A stretch of 64,000 nucleotides of DNA from the NCBI RefSeq assembly GCF_001194135.2, contig NC_068988.1, positions 30,167,155 through 30,231,154 on the forward strand. Direction: 5' to 3'. This DNA is from Octopus bimaculoides (Eukaryota). Made by a program: the position numbers and the translations under genes. Below, piece by piece: positions 11,266 through 22,999 of the stretch. The first letter of the stretch is position 1. Each line of letters opens with the position of its first letter. The notes below the pieces were generated by a model, which was given only the letters and a program-made list of their open reading frames with translations, searched no databases and had not been told where the DNA came from.

Positions 11266-13202
11266 CATACACATACACACATACATGATGGGCTTCCACA
11301 CAGTTTCCATTTATGAAATTCACTTACAAGGCATTGGTGATCCTCGGGTATCATAGAAGACACTTGTCCAAGGTGCCATGCATCAAGATTGAACCTAAGA
11401 CCATTCAATTGCAAAGTAATGCCTGCACCTATATGTTGTACTTACATGCACCACATATAGAAAAGGTCATGCTGCTACCAAGCAGTGCAGGTCACACTAA
11501 TATCATAAAATTTAAGAAAATACTTAACGCATTTTCAATTGGTCTATTCATCTTCGTTAGTTGCAGTCTTTACACAACAGCTCAATTAGTATAATTAATG
11601 CCCAGTTGTTAGTTGTCAAGTGCCTGGTTTTGTTTGTATTGCTTCTCCGAAAGAGCTTCTTAAATAATATACAAAAAAAATGCTGCTAAACAAACATGTC
11701 AGTATGTCTTGTAGATATTCAGCAAACATTATGAACAACAGTTTAATTAGGATCTTACATGTAATATCAGTGTCGTTAAATTGGGTTGTCAGCTGGCGGA
11801 TTGGTTTGCATCCTGGACGAAATGCTTTGTGGCATCTCTTCTAGCTTTCCTTTCTGAGTTTAAATGCTGTTGGGGTGGAACTTTGCCTTTCATCCTTTCT
11901 GGGTTGATAAAATAAGTTCAAACAATATAAGGACACAGATCGTGTCATATAGCCAGCTGGAGATGATGTCTCCTGGGGCTAAATTACAGCAACATGCTAT
12001 ACTCTTTCTCTTTTACTCTTTTACTTGTTTCAGTCATTTGACTGTGGCCATGCTGGAGCACCACCTTCAGTCAAACAAATCGACCCCAGGACTTATTCTT
12101 TGGAAGCCTAGTACTTATTCTATCGGTCTCTTTTGCCGAACTGCTAAGTTACGGGGACGTAAACACACCAGCATCGGTTGCCAAGCGATGTTGGGGGGGG
12201 ACAAACACAGACACACAAACACATACATACACACATGCATATATATATATATATATATATACGACGGGCTTCTTTCAGTTTCCGTCTACCAAATCCACTC
12301 ACAAGGCTTTGGTCGGCCTGAGGCTATAGTAGAAGACACTTGCCCAAGGTGCCACGCAGTGGGACTGAACCCGGAACCATGTGGTTCGTAAGCAAGCTAC
12401 TTACCACACAGCCACTCCCTTTTGGATTCCTTTTAATCACATTGCTGGTTAATTATTTATTCCTCCATCCATTTTCTCCACCCACTATCCCTGGAAGGAT
12501 TGTAGGGATAGAGCCCTTAGGCCCCTCCTCCATAGGATCCCATCAGAAACAACCATTATTACACTTTCCCATTGAATTCCTTACCATGACCAACTGTGTC
12601 TATAGACATTATCCAACCATCTCATTCCTGGTCAACTCTTAAGTCTCCTGCTGATTGGCTCAGCTTGAGAAATTCATCTTAAGATACTTTCTTACGATAT
12701 TCTTATGTCCATAACATACGATTAATTCATCAGCATTTATTAATTCATAATTAATCAATTCTAGAAAAGGCACCACACAAAACATCATACTTCTACTAGT
12801 CTTCAATGATTAAAAAAAAAACTAACTCTATTCTGTGAAATAGATATTTATTTTTGCACTAATCTCCTCGCCAGATCTCAAATATTCTACTATTCTCAGC
12901 TTCTCAGCTACACATGCTTTCGCTAATTTATGCACTAGCTTCAATAATTATTGAAAATCCATGTCATTGTTTCTACATGAGGGTTCCTTGCTCTCCTTCT
13001 TTCTACTGCATAAAGAAATCCATCCCAGAATGTAAACCAACAGGCTTCATTTTTATTTCCATTTAGCCCAAAGCTTCAGTGATGTCCTTTTTATCTCTAT
13101 TTAAGTAAAACCTGAAAGTTTGTGTTTCTTTATAGGTACACAGCAGAATACTTGCAACAGTGCATGTGCAGAAATCCTGGCTTTTTAAAATTATCGTTAT
13201 TA

Positions 13203-13249
<47 letters not shown>

Positions 13250-13945
13250 GGTATTATTATTATTGAGAGTAGTGCATGCCATCAAAGTGACACTGGGGTA
13301 AAATATACGAAGCCCATTATACGCATCATGACTACCCGTCTGATAAGGGTACACCAGGCACATGCATCACAACCATATGTGCGCAACATGGTGATCTCAT
13401 ATCAAAATAAACAGCGCATGACCTCGCAGGTGGGGCCCAGTTAGAATTTATGAGATAACACCAGATTAACTCAAAATGATGTGAATTAATAAGGATTATA
13501 TTTGACAGAGTAATCTGAATGCGAAAGAGTTAAACTTCTTTCTTCATCACAAGACTCACAGCCCTTAGTCTCCATCCATGAACCTATTCCAGTTGCCACT
13601 TAACTCCTCAGTTTGTGTTGTTCATTAGCACTGTTCTGCCCTTCTTTCATTTTTTACTTGTTTCAGTCATTGGACTGTGGCCATGCTGGGGCACCACTTT
13701 GAAAAGTTTTAGTAAAACATTGACTAGCACCAGCCACTTTAACAAATGTACTGGTTGCTTTTTCTATGGCACCAGCATCAGTTAGGTTGCCAAGATAGTT
13801 CTATAACAATTTGCCTGTGTCACAGTGTTACTTAAGTGTGTCATATTATACTATTAAGTGTATTTTATTAGATCTATCTTGCATATTATTGTCATGCATA
13901 TATTTTTAAGTGCATCATATTTTCTATTATTAAATGCATCATACA

Positions 13946-13984
<39 letters not shown>

Positions 13985-14203
13985 GTGTATCATATCATAC
14001 ATACTACGAAGTGTGTCATATGCATTATTAAGTGTATTGTATGTATTATTGCTACATGTATCATATATATTATTAAGTCTATCATGTACATACCATTTCG
14101 ATATCATCAACATTATATGCTTTCTGTTGCCTGAATGATTACTTCATCTAAAATCTACTGCTTCCAGTCTGCTTGCAGATCAATTCTATACTGTTCATAA
14201 ATC

Positions 14204-14242
<39 letters not shown>

Positions 14243-17200
14243 TTTATATATATATTTGTGTGTGTGTATGTATAGTCATCTAAGAATGCATAAGTCAGAA
14301 AAATGTGTACAGTATTATAGACCCATTCCAGCTGATCTCAAACTATCAGTTTCACACTGGGTATTGGATAACTGGATATCATCTCTGAAGAGCAGGTGGT
14401 GTTACTTCAACTGCACCATTATCAAATATCTGGCAATCTAATACCCTGTACAAAATGGATCTATAATATTATATACCTTGATTAATATATATATATGTAT
14501 GTATGTAGTAATAAAAGCTTTGCTCTTGGGGCATGAGCCTTTTCTGAGACGACTTCAGTCTGCTACAGCATTGTCAGAAATGTCATTAACCAAGAACTTG
14601 CACCTGTTGCTATGTTGTCCTGTTGTTTTCTTGGAGCTAGAAGTTCTCTTCAGAGCTTATATCAGATTCTTCAATCTTTTTCTTTTTAACTCTCTCCCTA
14701 ATCTTGTCTGGTGCTTGACTTAATGTATTCTAACTTATAATATAGCCTTTTGCTAAAGACTATAGTATGCTCTTAATTGCTTAATAAACTAATTAACAAA
14801 GCAGAAGTGAAAAAGTATAAAGCATATATTATTTACCTCATTACTCATCCTCTTTTAATTTTTTTTTTTTTTTTTTTTGGATGGGTGGTTATTCCATTTG
14901 AAAAGCTTTTGATTCTATTAGTCAGTAAGTCAGAGTTATATTGATGAGATTGGTGAGCTGGCGGAATCATTAACACGCCAGACAAAATGCTTTGCAGCAT
15001 TTCGTCCATCTGTATATTCCGAGTTCAAATTTTGCCAGGGTCAACTTTGCCTTTCCTCTTTTCAGGGTCGATAAAATAAGTACTACTTGAGCACTGGGAG
15101 TCGATGTAATCAACTTACCCCTTCTGCAGAACTTACTGGCCTTGTACCAAAATTTCAAACCAATATTGAGGTTAATTTCGTTCAAATTAGAAATGAAAAT
15201 GTATAAAAATAAGAAAAGAAAACCAAAGCAAAATAAAGTAAAATTATGTTTGTCAGTTCTTCAGCTCTTCTCTTCTCCATTTTGTTTTCCAGTTGCTACT
15301 GAGAGTCCTGAAATTGTATTCCGTTTTGATCGACTGCTTCTCCCTCGTGTCAACATGGTTGGTTACCCTGATCTCGTTAGCAGTGACGAGGGCAATGTCA
15401 TTCGACTAAATGGCCGGGACCAATATATCGATCTGGGCAATGATATAACCTGCGGCGGGGACTTAGAAAACTGTGTTGATGGCCATGTGATGCGATTGTA
15501 TGTGAAAGCTGATAAACTTATTGACAACACATATTTCCTTGACAGCTACCCTACATCAGTTTACTATAAAGACGGCCAACTCCATGCTGAAATGAGAACA
15601 GCGACTCAGACCTGGCATGTAAACACTACAGAGTTTGAAGCCGGAACATGGCAATATATTGAACTTGATTGGTACCCAGATGTTGGTCTGAGACTGTTCT
15701 TGAACCGGAGAGAGGTTGCACATGATACTATTCCCTACTTGCACCAGAAACGGCCTACTTCATCAAAAACATACATTGGTCGTTCTCTAAAAGACAGCCT
15801 TAACAGTTATTATTTCAATGGTTTTGTGAAACAGATGGAACTTTGGCGAAGAAACCGAAACTATCATAAACCTAAGCGTAAGTACATAATATAAGTTACA
15901 TAGTTATGTTTTAGTAATAGCTTGGAAAAATTTTTCACTGACTGAAAGAAAAATGGATTGATAAATTTTAAAATATTGCGGAATTTCAAGATTGTACGAG
16001 GGTGAGTCAAAAAAAGTAATGCCATTTTGTTTAGGACAGGTATAATTACCAACTCAGGAACATGTATCATACATCAAAATGAAGTTGGTCCTCTGTGGAT
16101 CACATCCCTACTTCTCAACATAGTCACCGTTTCTCTCAATAGCAATGTTCCACCTTTGAATGAGAGCATATATCCCTGCCCCATAAAATTCTGTCGACTG
16201 TTCATTGAGCCACTTCTTCACTACAGTTTTCATTTCCTTGTCACTGGGCTGCGAAGTTCTGGAAACTTTAGATATGGATTTAGGAACTCTGCTATTCTAA
16301 ACCAACTGTAAAAAGCTAATACGAAAAACTTGAATGTAGTTGTGTATTTAATGAAACATTCCATAAAAGAAAAACTGCTCCCCATATATATATAGATATG
16401 TGACTATATATACATCTATATATTTACAGATGTATATGTGTGCAAAAATATATATCATATATGCATCATATAAATATGCATAGATATAGCTGTGTATATT
16501 AAAATCATTTTCTTTTTTTTTTCCATTTCAGCTGAACAGACTATCACTCTAAGTGGAAACAGTTACTATGGTTTCAACATTTCTATCCGGAATAATACTC
16601 ACCATGTTTCTCCAAATAAGGAACAATTCAAATTAAAATTCAAGAATGATCTTTCTCAAAGGGAAGGTCTTTTATGGTATGCCCTTGACAGCTCACGTAA
16701 AATATTTTTGTACATCAAAGTGAGTACTTTTTCTGAGGTTATGCTACTAGAAACGTCAAACGAATAACTTTCTTAACACTCAACTTACCATAGGAGTCAC
16801 CAGTGACTCCCCATGCTATATTTTTAATATACCATGGGAGTCACCAGTGACTTCTCATTATATTCTTAATACATCATGGGAGTCATAAATGATTTTCCAC
16901 ACTATATTTTTGATAAACTATAAGAGTCACCAGTGTTATATTCTTAATATACCATAGGAGTCATAAGTGACTCTCCACACTGTTTTTGATATACCATGGG
17001 AGTCGCCAGTGACATCCCATGCTGTATTCATTTTATACCATGGGAGTCACCAGTGACTCCCAATGGTGAGTCCTTTCTCTGTAGAACCTCACATTACTGT
17101 AGTTCGAACTACATTATTTGAAATTTAGGAAATGTACAGAGCACATTTATTTGTCTTTCTCAGATGGATTTTGAATTTGAATCAATTAGAAGCTGAAATA

Positions 17201-18894
17201 GGACAGTAAAAAGGATGCAGGCCACTACAAAATAATTTTTTTGAAAAAGAAGCTATTCAGGCTTATATATATAATCTGTTTTAAAAAAATGAAACCAAAT
17301 GAAAATACCATGTTCCAGGGCCCACACAGAGCATATTCTTCAATAATTTTATCAGTTTTCTTGTGTCTTGGGTGGGTCATTGTGTCAATAATAATCATAC
17401 ACACTGGATCTGTTTCACTTTAAATAAGTTAAATTGATTGTCACTTGATTAATTATTTAACCAATTAACTATGAGTTATTTGATTAATTGTTCAATCAAT
17501 CAATCAGCTAAGTCTGTCATTGTCCGTTCATTACCATTCACTATTGATTGGTCTGATTGAATGATTAATCAAATAATCAATTAGTTAATTGGTTTAAGCA
17601 ATTGACAAATAAAAAAATAAACAGGTGACAGAGAACCAGTACATGTACTATTATTGGCATAAAGACCCACCCAGAGATAAAACAAAACATGTTTCATTAC
17701 AAAAATCCACATCAAAAGTTTTGCAAACAAAATACAGAAACGAACAAATTTTATCAGTGTTTTGTGAATTGTTTTGTAATAAAATCTCTTTGGGTCTATT
17801 GTAGGATGGTGACCTTTTCCTGATTATCATTGGGGTCGATGGTCAGAAATACAGATGGAAGATGAAGAAGCCAAGTAATGTCACATTTAATGATGGCAAA
17901 ATGCACAATGTCCTCTTACGAAGAGATGGCCACGAGGTGAGATTGTTTATGTCTTTGTAGGTCTTATCTTCTCTTTTCTTCCATTTCTGCTATATTCTTG
18001 CACACACTTGCACATATTTAACATTTAAATGTTAAATATATGCAAGTGTGTGCAGGATATATAATAACACATGTTACAATTGATGTGTTGTTTAGTAAAA
18101 GAGTGTCATAAGCCCCACCCCAGCCATTTTCAAGGTTAGTTTATCATTTTCTTTGTCTCGACGTCTAGAATCCGAAACAGTTGGGAGGAGGAACCGCCAG
18201 TGTGGCTTGGAATAAAGTCGAAAATCCGGCTGAAAATAATTATACCTCGACGCTATTGACATGACGCTCGCTCACTCAAACTCAGAGCAGAGAGTTTAGT
18301 AACACACCATCGTAAGCACCCACACTCAATAACTTTGGTGTGGTCTTTGTATCAGTTTCCAATGGGCTATTAAAAAATAATCTACAAATCTGATCCAATT
18401 TGTCTGTTTGTTGATCAGAAGTTTTCTCCATTTTCTGATTATTTAAACATATATATATATATATATATACATATATATAACTCATACTCCATACCTCCCC
18501 TCAAAAGAAAAATGATTATCTAAGTTACATGAGCTCTATATTAACCTTGAAGAAGTCCTACCATCATATAGTTAGAATGTGGTAATTTTTTGTAGCATTA
18601 AGCCAAATGCTTCGAAATTCCCTATCAACTAGATGATAGGACTGAAACATACATGTAGGATATTGTTTTCTTTTTTTATTTTAATTCATTTTTCTTTGAG
18701 CTCTCAACTTTTTTTTCAAAATGTCATCTTTTTGTAACATACAAATAAATTATTAATTACATCTACTTATTCTCCATTTTCTTCTTGTTTTCCCCCTATA
18801 TATATAACACTTTTTCAATTCCCGAGCGTTATACTAATACATCTGTTTGTTTTCTACACCAGCTGTCTTCGTCTGTTGTTTTTTTGTGAATTCT

Positions 18895-18950
<56 letters not shown>

Positions 18951-19217
18951 ATGTATGTATATACATATCTATATATATATATATATATATACACCTCAAA
19001 ACATTAATTTTTAAAACTTTTCTTCGTCTTTTCTTCTTCACAGGTTTACTGGAGTGTTGATGACATCTACAGACAAGCTTTCAGTCTGCCAATTTCCATC
19101 AGTCTGTTACGACCCAAGGACTACATCTTCATTGGTGGAACCCCTGACAACATTGACTACACCTCGTCAGAGGTTGACAAAAACTTCAAGGGCATTACAG
19201 GCAATGTAAGCTGCAAG

Positions 19218-19284
<67 letters not shown>

Positions 19285-22200
19285 TCATCATCATCATCAT
19301 CAGGCAGTGAGCTTGCAGACTCATTGGCACGCTGGGCAAAATGCTTAGTGGTAGTCTGTCTGTCATTATGCTCTGAGTTCAAATTCCACCAAGGTCGACT
19401 TTGCCTTTTATCCTTTCAGGGTCGATTAAATAAGTACCAGTTACACACTGGGGTCAATACAATCGACTTAATCCGTTTGTCTGTCCTTGTTTAGCCCCTT
19501 GTGGGAAATAAAGAAATAAGAAACTTTAGCACACCGGGTGAAATGCCTAGCGGTATTTCCCAAGGTGTTGTACAGTGGGACTGAACCCAAAACCACATTG
19601 TGACAAACTGAGCTTCTTAACCACACAGCCATACCTGTGCCTATCATAATCATTATAGCTGCTGCTGCCACTACTACTACTACTAACCCCACAACAGTCA
19701 CTGATTCAACCAGTTTTTTTAATCTTTTTTTTTAGCTGATCTACACATCCGGCCGATATGTTTTGGATATTCTGAATATGAACCCACAGATTATCCACGG
19801 AGTCCATCCACCAACGACCCACACACCCATAGACATCACTCCTTCACAGAAGCCACCCAATACGTTCTCGCCAATAACGTTTGTGCGTCATCAGAGCTAT
19901 GTGGAGACCGATGCTTGGGACATCTCCCAAGGCGGGCAACTCAAGTTCAAGTTCTACACCAATGACCCTGAAGGCTTGATGTTCTACAACGGTGACCCCC
20001 GCTACTACGCGGCTGTTGAAATATCTGAAGGAAAACTCTACTTTGTCTATAACTTTGGCGATGGCAGCAAACGAATTAGTTTCTTTGATGATATTGTCAA
20101 TGATCGACAAGCCCACGAAGCCACCGTTACAATAAACCCTTTGAAGACGTTTCTGAAGTTGGAATTGGATAACAAGAAGAAGAGTGTTCGTCTGCAACTC
20201 AACGAAAGACAAAATCGACCGCTGCCAGGTCCTATGTATGTTGGTTGGGTACCAAATGCTAACAGACTGCCATGGGACCTTTGGGCTAAGAAAGGATACC
20301 AAGGTTGTTTGCTGAATGTGCAGGTGAGTTCACATATCTCTCCTCTTATCATCATCATCATCATCATCATTGTCACTATCATCATCTTTTATCATTTCTT
20401 TTGTCATCTATATCATCATCATCATCGTCGTCTTCATTACCATCATCATCATCATCATCATCAGCATTTATTATCATCGTTATTGTTATGATGATGATCA
20501 TCAACATTATTGTTATCGTCATTCATTGTCATTGTCCTCATCATCGTCACCATCATCATCGTCACCATCATCTTTATCATTTCCGTTGTCATCTATATCA
20601 TCTTCATTGTCATCATCATCATCCTCATTATCGTCATCACTTCCATCACTTAATTACCATTTTCTTTTACATTTAATGAACATTTTCTTTTTCTCTCTTT
20701 TAGATGAACCATATCAGAACCAACCTTCTCAGTAATGTGGGAAGATTCCAGCTCGGTCGCGCCATCGATGCACGTTGCTACCCTATTGTACCCCAGTGTG
20801 ACAGCACAACATGTAAAAATGGCAACTGCATTGACTACTGGAATGGTTATAGTTGTGACTGTACCAACGAACCTTTCACTGGCCCCAATTGTGGTCAAGG
20901 TATCCAGAATTTACTTCATTTGGTCAACTTCAATGTGTCCCATTTCATTACACAAATACGGGACATTTACATTTTTATCTTTTATTTGTTTCAGTCATTA
21001 GACTGCTGCCAAGCTGGAGCACTGCCTTGGAGAATTGTTTCAGTTAAATGAATCAACCCCAATACTTAATATTTTTTTAAAGCCTAGTATTAATTCTATT
21101 GGTTTCTTTTGTCGAACCACTACGTTATGGGGATATAAGCACACCAGCAGCAATTGTCAGGCAGTGGTGGGGAACAAACACAGACACAAAAATGCACAAA
21201 CATAAATGTATACATATCAGTATGCTCCGTTGGATGTGTAATGTCAATGTGAATACCCGTCAGAGTGTAAGTATCTTGAGAGAAAAGCTGAACATTAGAA
21301 GCATCAGTTGTGGTGTGCAAGAGAGACGATTGCGCTGGTATGGACATGTGGTGAGAATGGATGAGGATAGCTGCGTGAAAAAGTGCCACACTCTAANNNN
21401 NNNNNNNNNNNNNNNNNNNNNNNNNNNNNNNNNNNNNNNNNNNNNNNNNNNNNNNNNNNNNNNNNNNNNNNNNNNNNNNNNNNNNNNNNNNNCTTTGGAA
21501 ATGTGCTGTGCGTGAGAAGACCCGGCAAGCCAAGTAAGATCGTTGCCAGTGCCCCTGGACTGGCTCTTGTGCGGGTGGCACATAAGATGCACCATTTTGA
21601 GCATGGCCGTTGCCAGTACCGCCTGACTGGCCTCCAAGGGATTTTCGAGCGAGATCGTTGCCAGTGCCCCTGGACTGGCTTGTGCGAGTGGCACATAAAA
21701 GACACTATTTCGAGCGTGGCCATTGCCAGTATCGCCTGACTGGCCTTCATGCAGGTGACACGTAAAAGCACCTACTACACTCTCTGAGTGGTTAGCATTA
21801 GGAAGGGCATCCAGCTGTAGAAACTCTGCCAAATTTAGATTGGAGCCTGGTGTTGCCATCCGGTTTCACCAGTCCTCAGTCAAGTCGTCCAACCCATGCT
21901 AGCATGGAAAGCGGACGTTAAACGATGATGATGATGATGATGATGATGATATAAATAATTAGAAAATGGAGAAAACCATAGATTAACCCACACATCGATT
22001 GGACCACATTTATAGCTTATTTATTAATACAAAGTATGGCATAACAAATCTTACAGTTGTTTCTAATCAGATTGCCAGAAACTAGGTTTGACGGATCTTC
22101 TCAAGCACATCTCAAATAATAAATCAATGCCTGTTAGAAATAATCTTCATAAATTCAAATAGGAGTTATTTGCAAAGCACAATAGCAAGACTTTATAAAT

Positions 22201-22715
22201 ACTTGATCCATAAATGCATCTCTTTTACAGCTGCTCCTGTCACCATGTTTGATGGCACCAAAGGGGCCTGGGTTATCTTTGCTGATGCCATACGCTCTCA
22301 TACAAATGATATTTCCCTACGCTTCAAGACACATCTCAGTAACACTACCCTGTTCCATACGACAGCTGAAAATTCCACAGACAGTGCAATGGCTGTACTT
22401 GAAAATGGAATTTTGAAACTTATTATAACGGTCAACGGCCAAAGAAAGGTAAAACAATAGTTTTTTTAATGATATTCAAGAATATTTTGGAAATGTTCTT
22501 TACATTAACTATAAATTTATATTATAAATTCATTTATAAGAGGAAAATGTTGTCGCACTTATATCGGCAACTTAATTGCAGACACTGGCCTGGAATGGTA
22601 TCCAGGACCTCAAAGCAGTGATGACGGACCAAGAAGTGCGATGGGTAGACTTAGTTGTTGCGACCCAGTTTGGAACCAGGCCATAATAAAAAATAATCAA
22701 ATTATATACATATGC

Positions 22716-22756
<41 letters not shown>

Positions 22757-22959
22757 GTGTGTGTATATATATATGTGTATAGTTGGAATTTACAAAAAAA
22801 CAAAAGACAAAGACGGGTGTGTAAACAACAAACAGATGTATTAGTTTAATGCTCAGGAAGTGAGAAAGTCTTTTACGTTTCAAGCCTACGCTCTTCGACA
22901 GAAAGGAACACAGAAATAAACAGGGAGAGAAAATAAAAAAGGTTTAGTGNNNNNNNNNN

Positions 22960-22999
<40 letters not shown>

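Noticed and set aside
16786-17065. CRISPR-like appearance (palindromic repeats with spacers)
   Set aside because: The spacers are homologous to each other, the locus is a eukaryotic intron and no cas genes are present; it is a minisatellite.
18100-18450. CpG-rich segment with splice-like sites as an alternative exon or internal promoter
   Set aside because: Candidate exons (18169 or 18181 to 18311) are not multiples of 3 and the first hits a stop. The segment ends in the same terminus as the MITE at 6850-7025, so it is more likely transposon interior.
20305-20735. His-, Ser- or Ile-rich ORFs, and the many YI/CV/HT-repeat ORFs elsewhere
   Set aside because: Translations of microsatellites inside introns.
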